IMG/VR virus record: IMGVR_UViG_3300044724_002210
Location: 1-36,604 of that record
Direction: 5' to 3' (one strand)
Length of the DNA: 36,604 nucleotides
From: a virus
Taxonomy: Duplodnaviria > Caudoviricetes
Part shown: one piece after another, positions 16,292 through 26,189 of the stretch
Position numbering within the stretch: position 1 is the first letter of the stretch
How the letters are laid out: the number at the start of each line of letters is the position of its first letter
Notes under the pieces: generated by a model
Database searches by the model: none
What the model saw: only the letters and a program-made list of their open reading frames with translations
What the model was told of the DNA's origin: nothing
Program-made: the position numbers and the translations under genes

Positions 16292-18478
16292 TTATGTTGA
16301 GAAATTATAATCCTCTGTATAATCAACCTCAATATTAATATCCGATAAATCTTCAAATAAAACTTTTTTACTTAATGGTTTTTTAATTTTGTCCTCAAAT
16401 ACTCTTTTTAATGGCCTTGCACCCATTGACGGCTCGTATCCATCGTCAGCAAGTTGTTTTCTGGCAGAAGGTGTCAAACTAATAGTCACAGTACTTTCAT
16501 TCTCTTTAAGTAATTCATTTGTTTCAACAACAAGCCTGTCTACAATTTTTAACATTAACTCTTTAGCAAGTTTATTAAATGTAATTATAGCATCTAATCT
16601 GTTTCTAAATTCAGGTGAAAAGAACTTCTCAACTGCTTTGTCAACTGCTTTAGTTTTTGTTTGATCTCCAAAACCAATTTTAAGACCCTCAGCATCTGTG
16701 GCACCTAAGTTAGATGTCATTAGTAATATAACATTACTGAAGTCTACTTCTTTACCCGTACTGCCTGTTAAATGACCATCGTCCATTACTTGCAATAATA
16801 CCTGTAATACTTCCGGTGCGGCCTTCTCTACTTCGTCTAATAGTAATACACAGTTAGGATTATCTTCAACTTCTGCTAACAATAATCCTTGCCCTAGTTT
16901 ACCTTCAGCATGTCCTACATATCCAGGAGGAGCACCTATAAGTTTACTAACACTATGTTTTTCCATGTACTCTGACATATCAAACTTAACTAGTTTACAT
17001 TCTAATTCTCTAGCAAGTGTTTTAGCGGTTTCTGTTTTACCTGTGCCTGTAGGCCCAACTAAAAGGAAACTTCCTATAGGTTTATTTTTTTCTCTTAAAC
17101 CTGACTTGCTTACAACAATATTTTCTACAATTTTATCAACTGCCTCATCTTGTCCGTATACTGTTGTTTTTATTCTGGCATCTAAGTTTTTGTATGTATC
17201 AACACTCTCTACATCAATAACATCTTCACCCACATGTGATATTTTACTGATAACCTGTACAATGTCTTTCATTGTTACTGTATCGTCTCCACGCAATTTT
17301 ACTCTGGCTCCTGCGGCATCAATAACATCTAATGCCTTATCTGGAAAGCATTTATTTTTGATATATCTGTGACATAAGTCAACTGATTTCTCTAATAGTT
17401 CCTCGGAGTACTTAACTTTATGAAACTCTTCATAGTAATTGTTAAGTCCCTTAATAATCTCTTTAGTGTCTTCCACACTAGTTTCTTCTATATCAAGTTT
17501 AGCAAACCTACGCATTAGTGCTCTGTCTTTTTCAAAACTATCAGCAAACTCGTCTGGTGTTGTTGCACCTATTGTGAGTAATCTGCCTTTGCCTAACACA
17601 GGCTTAATCATGTTAGCAATGTCTACACTACTTGTACCGGCACTACCGGCACCCATTATCATATGTATTTCATCTATAAACAATATGGCATTAGGACTAG
17701 CCTCTAATGTTTCAAGTACTGTCTTGAACCTCTCCTCAAAGTCTCCTCTGTATCTGGTACCAGCAAGTAAATCACCTACTGCTAAACTATAAATTATTTT
17801 ATTTTGTATAACATCTGGAACATCACCATCAACAATACGTTTAGCAAGTCCTTCTGCTACTGCTGTTTTACCTGTACCGGGCTCACCAACTAACACTACG
17901 TTATTCTTTTTACGTCTTGCGAGGATATGTACTAGCTCATCCACCTCTTCGTGTCTGCCTATTAAAGTATCTATTCTGTTTTTTAGAGCCTCATCATTTA
18001 AGTTAGTTGTATACTCTTTAACTAATTCAGAACTCTTATCAGTATTATATTTGTGTTCTAAATAATCTACAATGATATTTTTATCTAATCCGTTTAACTG
18101 GCAATAATATGCGGCATGACAATTCTGTTCACTTAGAATACTTAAGAACATATCTAATGGTCTTACTTCTTCCCTGCCACTAAAAATTACCTGTGCTAGT
18201 GAACGTTGTATGATTCTTTCTATTGATACTGTCTTTTTAGGCTCTCCCTTAACACCATGTTGATTCACAAGGCCATTAAGTTCAGCATCATCTAAATATT
18301 GATTTAAATCCTCAACTATGTTGTTTACGTCAATACTAAGTTCTTTAATTAACCCAGTTATGTCTTCATGCTCTATAAGACAAAACATAATATGTTCTAA
18401 TGTAACATACTCATGCTCTTTGTCCTTGGCAAAGTTTACTGCGTTTTGAATTATACTATCTATATATTTGCTTTCCAT
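16292..18478 (-). CDS. clpA: ATP-dependent Clp protease ATPase subunit ClpA
   Basis: Clp N domain (HEYVTLEH), Walker A GEPGTGKT and GPTGTGKT, Walker [24 protein letters not shown] loop, no ClpB/C middle domain. Confidence 0.95.
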   Translation of the reverse strand: MESKYIDSIIQNAVNFAKDKEHEYVTLEHIMFCLIEHEDITGLIKELSIDVNNIVEDLNQYLDDAELNGLVNQHGVKGEPKKTVSIERIIQRSLAQVIFSGREEVRPLDMFLSILSEQNCHAAYYCQLNGLDKNIIVDYLEHKYNTDKSSELVKEYTTNLNDEALKNRIDTLIGRHEEVDELVHILARRKKNNVVLVGEPGTGKTAVAEGLAKRIVDGDVPDVIQNKIIYSLAVGDLLAGTRYRGDFEERFKTVLETLEASPNAILFIDEIHMIMGAGSAGTSSVDIANMIKPVLGKGRLLTIGATTPDEFADSFEKDRALMRRFAKLDIEETSVEDTKEIIKGLNNYYEEFHKVKYSEELLEKSVDLCHRYIKNKCFPDKALDVIDAAGARVKLRGDDTVTMKDIVQVISKISHVGEDVIDVESVDTYKNLDARIKTTVYGQDEAVDKIVENIVVSKSGLREKNKPIGSFLLVGPTGTGKTETAKTLARELECKLVKFDMSEYMEKHSVSKLIGAPPGYVGHAEGKLGQGLLLAEVEDNPNCVLLLDEVEKAAPEVLQVLLQVMDDGHLTGSTGKEVDFSNVILLMTSNLGATDAEGLKIGFGDQTKTKAVDKAVEKFFSPEFRNRLDAIITFNKLAKELMLKIVDRLVVETNELLKENESTVTISLTPSARKQLADDGYEPSMGARPLKRVFEDKIKKPLSKKVLFEDLSDINIEVDYTEDYNFST

Positions 18479-19262
18479 AAGTGTTTCTTTGTTTAATTTT
18501 ATTTAAAAGTTCTTTATCTTTTTCGTTATTAATAGTGGGTACATCTAGTTCTATAATAATATATAGATCGCCAACTATACCATATGTTGGTATTTTCATA
18601 CCTAAATTCTTCATCTTGAGTCTAGTACCATGCACAGTTCCTGCTGGTACCTTAAGGTCATACTTTTTACCATCAACATGTTTTATTGTGATAGTGCAAC
18701 CTGTCATAGCATCTATAACATTTATATTATGCCTATAAAATAAATGCTCTCTGTCTCGACCCCAATCTGGGGGGTATTCTATGTGTAACCTTACAATTAA
18801 ATCTCCTGCAGGAAGTCTTTCGTCTCTGATTGGACCTTTGCCATGTAATTTAAGTTTGGTTCCATCATCTACACCCTGCTCAATTGCCACATTAAAGGAA
18901 GCATATCCAGTATTAACAACTATCTCACTTCCTGCAAATGTTTGCAATAAAGTAACTCCAACATCCACAACCCCATCAGGATTTTTTACAGGACGCCTTT
19001 GTTGTCTGCCGCCAAATATATCGCCAAATATATCTGCAAATGGACTACCTCCTTGACTGAACCCTTCAAAAGGATTAGGATTATCATACTGAGCACGTTT
19101 GTTTGGATCACTTAGTGTTTCATATGCTCCTTGTATCCTTTTGAACTGTTCTTGATCACCACCTTTGTCAGGATGATGCTTACTCGCAAGTTTGCGGTAT
19201 GCCTTTTTAATATCCTGTTGATTGGCGTCTTTGCTTACGCCAAGAGTTTCGTAGTGATCCAT
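18456..19262 (-). CDS. dnaJ: DnaJ-family (class B / CbpA-like) co-chaperone
   Basis: J-domain with HPD, G/F linker, C-terminal domain, no zinc finger. Confidence 0.93.
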   Translation of the reverse strand: MDHYETLGVSKDANQQDIKKAYRKLASKHHPDKGGDQEQFKRIQGAYETLSDPNKRAQYDNPNPFEGFSQGGSPFADIFGDIFGGRQQRRPVKNPDGVVDVGVTLLQTFAGSEIVVNTGYASFNVAIEQGVDDGTKLKLHGKGPIRDERLPAGDLIVRLHIEYPPDWGRDREHLFYRHNINVIDAMTGCTITIKHVDGKKYDLKVPAGTVHGTRLKMKNLGMKIPTYGIVGDLYIIIELDVPTINNEKDKELLNKIKQRNTYGKQIYR

Positions 19263-19268
19263 AAACTT

Positions 19269-19296
19269 ATTATAACACCTATCATATAGAAGTCAA
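19269..19296 (-). promoter_or_regulatory. sigma70-type promoter, leaderless configuration
   Basis: TTGACT-N16-TATAAT (TGn extended)-N6-ATG. Confidence 0.85.
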
Positions 19297-19297
19297 G

Positions 19298-19323
19298 AAA
19301 AAGGGCATCAAAAGATACCCTTT
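19298..19323 (-). terminator. Intrinsic terminator after TonB-dependent receptor
   Basis: AAAGGGTATC-TTTT-GATGCCCTTTTT on minus strand. Confidence 0.8.
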
Positions 19324-19341
19324 AATCTTTTTGGATATCGT

Positions 19342-22300
19342 TTAGAAAACGTATTTAAGTCCAAGTTGTAAACGGTAAGTACTTCTATAGTAATTGGTAA
19401 CTTGGTTATCAATTCTATCTATGTTCATACCATAAGCAGGTCTGTATTCATAAGACCAACTACCATCACCATTGTTGATAGGAGTTGCTTCTGCAATACT
19501 TCTTGCTGTTCCGTTTGCTTTGGTTTGTTTACCCCAATCGCTATCAAGCAAGTTGAGTAAGTTTTCAACATCAAGTGTAATTACAAATTTGTCCTTGTCT
19601 GTTAAACCTAATCCAGGAAGTTCCTGTGTAAATTTAAAGTCAAGTCTGTAATTCCAATCTGTTTCAAACTCGTTGATTGGTGCAAATCCACCTGCATACT
19701 TACCTAACCCTGAGGCGGCAATGTAGGCATTGTAATCATCAGCAAACCAACTAGGTATAATTACGTCAGTTCCAGATCCGTCTGGGACATAAAATGCCGC
19801 AGTTTCGTCTCTTGCTGATTCTCTATCTAGACCCCATAGTGCACCATCTTTGTATTGGCCTAATGTGTATGAGAAAGGCTCACCACTTACAGCACTAACA
19901 ATAAATGTAAATCTACTTGGAGAGTTAGCAATTAAGTTTGCAGTATAATTACCAACAAAACTTAATGTGTGTTCTCTTTCGTAAACAGATCTATGCATTA
20001 CGTCGTCATTAAAATCAGCATACTTAGTAGTATACTTAAAGTTAGAAATATTTCTACTTGAAGTTAAGTTACCAACAGTATCAACATCTTGCCATGTGTA
20101 GTTTGCATAAAAGTCAAACCCATTTTCAAATGCTTTACTTACACTAAATGCAAACAATTCGCTTTCGCCTTTGCCTGTGTTAGTGAGTAACATATCATAA
20201 CCTCTATAGTCATAAAATCTTTCCATTGCTTTACTACATAAACTATAGTCTGCGTATATATCTCTGCCATCTGGTCCAACACCAATTGGTAAGTTGGTAA
20301 CAGGTATATCACAGTTGGCTACGCCGGCAAATGCTGGGTTACCAATTCTAAGTTGTTTGTAGTGTAAGTCTTTGTCAGTTCTAGTCATTAAGAAGTCTGC
20401 ACTCATGTAGTATCCGTCACCCATTACCCAATCAGCACCTACAGAAAGTTTTAACTCTCTTGGTAACTCAAAGTCTGGATCTAGGATATCTGCAAATGCA
20501 GGTCTAAAACCTTCCTGACCAGGTTGATAAATGTAACTGTCAAATGTTGAGGTATCAAAACCATCGAACCCTGCGGCCGCTGATAATGGTACATTAGCAT
20601 TTTGGATACCAATACCATCATTACTGAAAGTACCGCCCATCCATACATTAGGTCTACCACCTGTAAAGTATCCAGCACCACCTCTGAACGTTAGTTCTTG
20701 GAAAGCACCGAAGTCGTCTGCGTCATAAACAAAACTTACTCTAGGTAAAAATACATCTTTACCATCTAGGCTGACATCATTTCTGATACCATAATACCCG
20801 TCAAGTGTGTCGTTGTATTTAGGTGCATCGTCCATGGAGATTTTCTCATAACGTGCGCCGTAGTTAAGTGTAAGTCTATCACTGTAATCCCAAGTATCTT
20901 GAACATAGAAACTAGTTGTTTCAATTTCAAAGAAAGCGGCACCATCGGCTGGATTACCACTTGGGGAGTTCCTATAGTCAATGCTATAAGGAGTTTTGTT
21001 TTGGAAGTCCTCTATACTTGCGTATTCAAGAACACCATCTGAGTATGCAACAAAACCGTTTGCAACATCAACACCATTTTTAGATATACCAGCAACAAGT
21101 TCATGTGAGCCCATAAGGTATGATACCTCAAACTCTAATTCACTTGATGTTGTTTCTAAAAAGTTGTAATGTCTAAATGGGTCAGGTCCAACAAGAACTT
21201 GTGGTCCTCTGTTACCTTCTCCTAGTTCAACTATTGCTCTCATAAAGTCATCGCCACCAACACTTGCTTGTGATGTTTCAACTGTTCTATCTCCATATCT
21301 AAATGTAGTAGAAAGTTTATCATTCCAGTCACTAAACACTTGGAAACTATCTGATGTCAAGTCTGTAGTCTTAATATAGTTACCACTTGTGAGTGCTAAT
21401 ACTGTATTTGAACCACCATACTCTCTAACGTCATTGTTTTCTGATGTCTGGTTTGTGTAAGTTGCTCTGTGTGAGTCATTAATGTTCCAGTCTAGTTTAA
21501 TTAGCATATCTTCATCAAGTAATGAATTAACACCACCTGAGGCCGAACCTGCGTCATACCCATACACATCATTAGCAATGCCAATAATTCTGTCTGCGTC
21601 TGCTACAGTTACACCATCAACTTCTCTAAGGGCACCACTTCCTGATGCTCCCCAGATACCTGGTTCACTTTTCTCAAATTTGTCATAGTTTACAAAAAAG
21701 AATAACTTATCTTTAAGGATAGGTCCGCCTAATGTAAACCCTTGTGTGTCTTCCTCAAACTCACCAACAGTAAGTTCTTGGCCGTCAATCTCGTCTCCAA
21801 CCCAACTATCGCTAGTTGTAAAGCCGTAAACAGAACCTGACAGTTCGTTGGTACCTGACTTAGTAACAACGTTAATAACACCTGCTGTTGACCCTGAGTC
21901 TCTGACATCATAGTCTACAACACTAACAGATACCTGCTCTACTGAGTCAAGTGATAGAGGAGATTTAACCCCTGGATAACCACCATACTCTAGACCAAAG
22001 TCATCTGATTGGCCAATACCATCCACTTGGAAGGAACTGTACCTTGCATTAGTACCTGCAATCGAAATACTTTCAGTATCATCGCCATTAAAAGAAATAC
22101 TGTATACATTCACAAAAGGTTGTGTTGCTACTGCATCTTTAATGTCTCTGTTGACACTGGCAATATCCATAATTTGATCGCCGGTTAATGTGCTTCTAGG
22201 TCCTGTAATAAGACCTGAAGAGTTTATTGCTTGTCCAACAACAACTAATTCTTCTACTGCATCTGTACTTCTAAGAGTTAAATTAACTCTAGAGGTTTCA

Positions 22301-22596
22301 GACAGTTCAAGATAAATGTTGTCTAACTCAGCATACCCATCTGTACCAAAAACAACGATCTTATAAGGACCGCCAACACGTAGATTCCTTGCAAGGAACA
22401 CTCCGTCTTCGTTTGTTATTTGGGTTGACGTTGAACCTGAGGGTTCATGGATAACGGAGACGTCTGCTCCTGATACTTCTGCACCTGAAGAGTTGTAAAT
22501 TAACCCTCTAATTGCTGAAGTAGTTTCTTGGGCGAATACCGGAACACTCATTAAAAGTGTGGCGGCTAACCCAAGGAATAGTTTGCGAATATTCAT
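19342..22596 (-). CDS. TonB-dependent outer-membrane receptor (Oar-like, N-terminal carboxypeptidase-regulatory-like domain)
   Basis: Start at ATG 22596 (AGGAG RBS); signal peptide MNIRKLFLGLAATLLMSVPVFA; TonB-box-like VEELVVVG; plug AGVINVVTKSGTN; barrel FYVQDTW, LPRVSFVY; C-terminal LGLKYVF. Confidence 0.95.
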   Translation of the reverse strand: MNIRKLFLGLAATLLMSVPVFAQETTSAIRGLIYNSSGAEVSGADVSVIHEPSGSTSTQITNEDGVFLARNLRVGGPYKIVVFGTDGYAELDNIYLELSETSRVNLTLRSTDAVEELVVVGQAINSSGLITGPRSTLTGDQIMDIASVNRDIKDAVATQPFVNVYSISFNGDDTESISIAGTNARYSSFQVDGIGQSDDFGLEYGGYPGVKSPLSLDSVEQVSVSVVDYDVRDSGSTAGVINVVTKSGTNELSGSVYGFTTSDSWVGDEIDGQELTVGEFEEDTQGFTLGGPILKDKLFFFVNYDKFEKSEPGIWGASGSGALREVDGVTVADADRIIGIANDVYGYDAGSASGGVNSLLDEDMLIKLDWNINDSHRATYTNQTSENNDVREYGGSNTVLALTSGNYIKTTDLTSDSFQVFSDWNDKLSTTFRYGDRTVETSQASVGGDDFMRAIVELGEGNRGPQVLVGPDPFRHYNFLETTSSELEFEVSYLMGSHELVAGISKNGVDVANGFVAYSDGVLEYASIEDFQNKTPYSIDYRNSPSGNPADGAAFFEIETTSFYVQDTWDYSDRLTLNYGARYEKISMDDAPKYNDTLDGYYGIRNDVSLDGKDVFLPRVSFVYDADDFGAFQELTFRGGAGYFTGGRPNVWMGGTFSNDGIGIQNANVPLSAAAGFDGFDTSTFDSYIYQPGQEGFRPAFADILDPDFELPRELKLSVGADWVMGDGYYMSADFLMTRTDKDLHYKQLRIGNPAFAGVANCDIPVTNLPIGVGPDGRDIYADYSLCSKAMERFYDYRGYDMLLTNTGKGESELFAFSVSKAFENGFDFYANYTWQDVDTVGNLTSSRNISNFKYTTKYADFNDDVMHRSVYEREHTLSFVGNYTANLIANSPSRFTFIVSAVSGEPFSYTLGQYKDGALWGLDRESARDETAAFYVPDGSGTDVIIPSWFADDYNAYIAASGLGKYAGGFAPINEFETDWNYRLDFKFTQELPGLGLTDKDKFVITLDVENLLNLLDSDWGKQTKANGTARSIAEATPINNGDGSWSYEYRPAYGMNIDRIDNQVTNYYRSTYRLQLGLKYVF

Positions 22597-22697
22597 AACC
22601 ACTCCTGTGTTTCGCTCATAATACATAAAGTATTATCATTGTGTGAACAAAATTAGGCTTATGCCTAATCAATTTTTGTAGATAAAATCTACACTCA

Positions 22698-22705
22698 TAT
22701 TTATA
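22698..22705 (-). promoter_or_regulatory. T4-late-like promoter of TonB-dependent receptor
   Basis: Exact TATAAATA about 100 nt upstream of start. Confidence 0.65.
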
Positions 22706-22776
22706 GATACATGTATGCATTAATGTATAAATTGGTGTAAAACGAATGGTTTTGGAAATTAAAATATGTGTTAAAT

Positions 22777-23358
22777 TTAGTCGTCTTTTCCAAACACTTT
22801 AGGTGCAAGTTTTGTAAAGGCATTATTATCTTTTACTTTAAGTTCAGCACCAACGCCTTTCTGGCCGTTTGGTAATGTAACTTCTCTATAATAAACAATA
22901 ACTTCGCCAACTTGTTTAATGTAACGTTTGATTTCTTGCATGTCCTCAGCCATAACTTCATAGTCACCTACTGATGTTGCAACAAATACAACGTCACCAT
23001 TATTTTGTTTTCTCATATCATCTAGGAATCTATCTAAGTATGTGTAGCCTACTGGCCAATCTGGATTATCTCTTTCTGATAGTTCACATGTTTTAGGTCT
23101 CTTTAAAAGTTCTACACCCTCATCATTAAATCTTTTAGGATCAAACGATAAAGACTTTTTACATGGATTTGTAATCACTGCTTCTGATACAACATACCAA
23201 CTAGGTGCAGTAAGTTCTAATGGACGCGGTAATGCAGGTTGCATTATGTCTATCTTTAAAGGCTTAGATACTATCTCGATAGGTTTTGTGCCGAATGTTG
23301 AACACCCACTAGTCAGGAATAACAGGAGTGTCAAGCTCAAAAATTTGCTGTGTGTCAT
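22777..23358 (-). CDS. Outer-membrane lipoprotein, o-spanin (Rz1-like)
   Basis: Lipobox LLFLTSGC, Pro-rich segment, DYE...EIKRYIKQ...IVYY; overlaps upstream i-spanin. Confidence 0.75.
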   Translation of the reverse strand: MTHSKFLSLTLLLFLTSGCSTFGTKPIEIVSKPLKIDIMQPALPRPLELTAPSWYVVSEAVITNPCKKSLSFDPKRFNDEGVELLKRPKTCELSERDNPDWPVGYTYLDRFLDDMRKQNNGDVVFVATSVGDYEVMAEDMQEIKRYIKQVGEVIVYYREVTLPNGQKGVGAELKVKDNNAFTKLAPKVFGKDD

Positions 23359-23692
23359 CTTCTAATCCCTCAAATACGGCTTCGGAAGCCTTGTTAAATC
23401 TTGTCTCTATCATACCTGGCTTTGCTTGGGCCAAACTATTTAGATTGTGTTTTGCGAATATTTTTAAATACTCTGCTTTTTCTTGCTCTATCTGTGCATT
23501 TACTCTTTGTTGATTTTGTAAAGCCTTGCCTTGTCTTTCAAAGTTTTCTTGTAAGGCAACCATAGCCGCCTTTTGCTCCTCAACTGCACCTTCAAGTGCT
23601 ATGTTGTTGGCTTTTAATGTTACGTTTTCCTGATATAAAAAGTATCCGCCTATACCTAACAATAAAATAATGCCTATAAAAAATTGATTCAT
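23309..23692 (-). CDS. Inner-membrane spanin (Rz-like)
   Basis: N-terminal TM then coiled coil; LAQAKPGMIETRFNKAS resembles T4-like i-spanin KPGL..IN motif. Confidence 0.78.
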   Translation of the reverse strand: MNQFFIGIILLLGIGGYFLYQENVTLKANNIALEGAVEEQKAAMVALQENFERQGKALQNQQRVNAQIEQEKAEYLKIFAKHNLNSLAQAKPGMIETRFNKASEAVFEGLEDDTQQIFELDTPVIPD

Positions 23693-23698
23693 CTGTGT

Positions 23699-24490
23699 CT
23701 AACTCGCTTTTGTTACTAGTATATCTGTATTTGCAGGATTATATATCACAATGTATTCATCTATTGGCATTGCTCTCATTTCACCCAGCATTGCATTTAA
23801 TTTTGAAAAAGAAACTTTATCAAAGTCTTGTTTTATTGCACTTTCAGTTATACCAACCTCTTCCATTACTTGGGTACTATTACCAAAATTTACAATGTTT
23901 AAACTAGCAATGTCTCTACTTCCTCTTATATGTAAAATATTATCAGTTATGCCTGCTTCTAAAATATTACTTGCTTTTAAAAATTCTAAAATTTTAGAAC
24001 TATTATCTTTAGCCTCTTCTTCTAGTCTCTGTTCTTCTGCTTTTTGTTCTGCTTCAATTTTCTGTGACATAAATTCTTCCTTGGAAAGATAGTTTTCAGG
24101 ATCTAGTTGGATAAAGTTTAACAAGTTATCATCATTTAGTCCAAATTTATCTTCACTTAATGTGGTTGATACTTGCCAATCTAGATTTCCGGTCAGACGC
24201 TCAACTTCTTTTATAATGTTTTTTACTGATTGTAATGAGTTTTCGTTCCGGTCGAATTCCATAAACACCATATAGTAATTGTCTGGGTTAGGGTTTGGAG
24301 AAACTTCTACGTCTCTTATCTCAACAATACTATTGTTTATAAAATGGTATAAGTCTTTAGCAGGGTTTGTTTCGTTCAGGTAAAGTCCTATAACCATTAC
24401 GTCAGCAACATCTCCTGTTTTAGGCTCAAACTCATCTATACTAATATTTTTAAGTATAGTATTTTTAAGATCTCCTTCTTTTAGTGCCAC
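23699..24490 (-). CDS. Hypothetical acidic phage protein (263 aa)
   Basis: GTG start adjacent to upstream stop; intact ORF. Confidence 0.8.
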   Translation of the reverse strand: MALKEGDLKNTILKNISIDEFEPKTGDVADVMVIGLYLNETNPAKDLYHFINNSIVEIRDVEVSPNPNPDNYYMVFMEFDRNENSLQSVKNIIKEVERLTGNLDWQVSTTLSEDKFGLNDDNLLNFIQLDPENYLSKEEFMSQKIEAEQKAEEQRLEEEAKDNSSKILEFLKASNILEAGITDNILHIRGSRDIASLNIVNFGNSTQVMEEVGITESAIKQDFDKVSFSKLNAMLGEMRAMPIDEYIVIYNPANTDILVTKAS

Positions 24491-24491
24491 T

Positions 24492-25019
24492 TTATACTAT
24501 CCCCATATTCATTTGCTCTTGGCCAACCTGTGCTGAGCTATCAGTTTCTTCATTATCAATAAATTCATCTTCTTTTGCCTCAACATGCTGAGCACTAAAT
24601 TCATCTACATATCTTCTAGGCATATCGATACTTACTACCCAAACAGGCTCACTGTCTGCTTTAGGTGTAAATCTCTGAGAACCATCTGGTCTTGCACTTA
24701 CTTCAACATCATTATAATCTTTTACTCTGCGAGGGCTCTCCAATATATCTTTAGAATATTTTACTAAACAGTCTCTGGCGAGAAGTCTTTTTGCACCTTC
24801 TGGGTCTGGCATTTGTTTGTGGGGGTATAACAACTTGACATTAACGTAATGCCTTCCTATGCTAGGTCCTTCTAGTATCTCACCTTGATCCCAATTTTTA
24901 AAAGCATATAAGTCTAGTTCGTCTAATGTTTTTTCAAACTCCATAAGCATATCAAGTAAAGTATTAGACTTAGATACTTCCGTTATTTTATCATTTAAAA
25001 TTTTTACTGAAATTGTCAT
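24492..25019 (-). CDS. Hypothetical phage protein
   Basis: Likely start ATG 25019, 5 nt after GATAAATA. Confidence 0.8.
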   Translation of the reverse strand: MTISVKILNDKITEVSKSNTLLDMLMEFEKTLDELDLYAFKNWDQGEILEGPSIGRHYVNVKLLYPHKQMPDPEGAKRLLARDCLVKYSKDILESPRRVKDYNDVEVSARPDGSQRFTPKADSEPVWVVSIDMPRRYVDEFSAQHVEAKEDEFIDNEETDSSAQVGQEQMNMGIV

Positions 25020-25024
25020 ATTAG

Positions 25025-25032
25025 TATTTATC
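25025..25032 (-). promoter_or_regulatory. T4-late-like promoter, leaderless configuration
   Basis: GATAAATA-N5-ATG. Confidence 0.7.
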
Positions 25033-25159
25033 ATCTTTATAAACTATTGTGTTATTGGTTTGAACATTCTTATTAAATATTATTGTAATGAGAATTTACA
25101 GAATACATAATTTATGATAAACAACCATATAAAAAGTTGGCATACACAGAAAGCAAACT

Positions 25160-25194
25160 ACCGTGATGGGATACCGCCCATGCACGGTTTTTTT
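25160..25194 (+). terminator. Terminator-like hairpin in phoH leader
   Basis: ACCGTG-ATGGG/CCCAT-g-CACGGT followed by T-run, just upstream of phoH RBS. Confidence 0.65.
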
Positions 25195-25214
25195 ATGGCT
25201 ACAAGGAGGCACAT

Positions 25215-25961
25215 ATGTCCAGAAAGGCTAGAAAGAAGAATTGTAACAAATATAGAAAACAAAAAGGAGGAGATTATTTGAGAGTAATACAGGGTGGAGC
25301 CCTACAACGAAACAGACAAAAGGAAGTTAAGATCGTACCTCGCAACTTTCACCAAGACGATTTACTTGGATTATTAGAGGACAAAAACATCAACATAGTG
25401 TTTGCCACAGGACCAGCAGGTACGGGTAAGACATTCATTTCAACATTGGCGGGTATTAGAGAACTCAAGAATAACAAAATAGATAAATTTGTGGTGACGA
25501 GACCAGCAGTATCTGTAGATGAGCAACATGGCTTTTTGCCTGGCACACTACAAGAGAAAATGGCACCATGGACGAGACCTATTATGGATTGCTTTGAGGA
25601 ATACTATACGCCAGATCAGATAGAATTTATGTTGGGCGATAACAAAGTAGAAATAGCACCATTGGCCTATATGAGAGGACGAACGTTTAAGAACTCCTAT
25701 ATAATAGCAGACGAAATGCAAAATGCCACAGACAATCAAATGAAGATGCTACTTACCAGAATAGGTGAAGGTAGTAAATTGATAGTGACTGGTGACTTAG
25801 CTCAGCATGAAAGAGGTTACGAAAGTAATGGTCTTAGATGCTTTATTGAACGATTAGCAAAATCAAATTCAGATAGAATTAAAATGGTACAGTTCGAGCA
25901 TAGCGATATTGAAAGGCATCCTGTTGTTACTGAAGTATTAAGGTTATACGGCGAAGACTAG
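25215..25961 (+). CDS. phoH: PhoH-family ATPase
   Basis: GPAGTGKT, TRPAV, GFLPG, PLAYMRGRTF, DEMQN, LTRIGEGSK, GDLAQ, RHPVV; AAGGAGG RBS. Confidence 0.97.
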   Translation: MSRKARKKNCNKYRKQKGGDYLRVIQGGALQRNRQKEVKIVPRNFHQDDLLGLLEDKNINIVFATGPAGTGKTFISTLAGIRELKNNKIDKFVVTRPAVSVDEQHGFLPGTLQEKMAPWTRPIMDCFEEYYTPDQIEFMLGDNKVEIAPLAYMRGRTFKNSYIIADEMQNATDNQMKMLLTRIGEGSKLIVTGDLAQHERGYESNGLRCFIERLAKSNSDRIKMVQFEHSDIERHPVVTEVLRLYGED

Positions 25962-26186
25962 TGGGTCTAGTGGATTCACCTTTTTTGGAGCATCTTTACA
26001 TTCTAATTTAAGAGTGTGACCACTTTTCAATAAGTCTTTGTGTTCTCTAACAAACGGAAGATAAATTGCCATCTTCTGATGTTGTTGATAATAACTACAT
26101 GCTTCTTCTGTTTTGAAAAAAGCGATTTGAGTGGTATAAGTTACCTCACCATTTAGTAATACAGATAATAATAATATGGTGTTCAT
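25944..26186 (-). CDS. Hypothetical protein with hydrophobic N-terminus and two Cys
   Basis: 80-aa ORF directly after clamp loader; overlaps phoH 3' end by 18 nt. Confidence 0.65.
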   Translation of the reverse strand: MNTILLLSVLLNGEVTYTTQIAFFKTEEACSYYQQHQKMAIYLPFVREHKDLLKSGHTLKLECKDAPKKVNPLDPLVFAV

Positions 26187-26189
26187 GTA

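Noticed and set aside
22625-22643. Fur-box-like AATGATAAT upstream of the TonB-dependent receptor
   Set aside because: About 12/19 match with no symmetric second half; unremarkable in AT-rich DNA.
25013-25034. Pho-box-like TTGTCAT...TTATCAT upstream of phoH
   Set aside because: Repeat spacing is 15 rather than 11 nt and it coincides with the start and promoter of the divergent gene.
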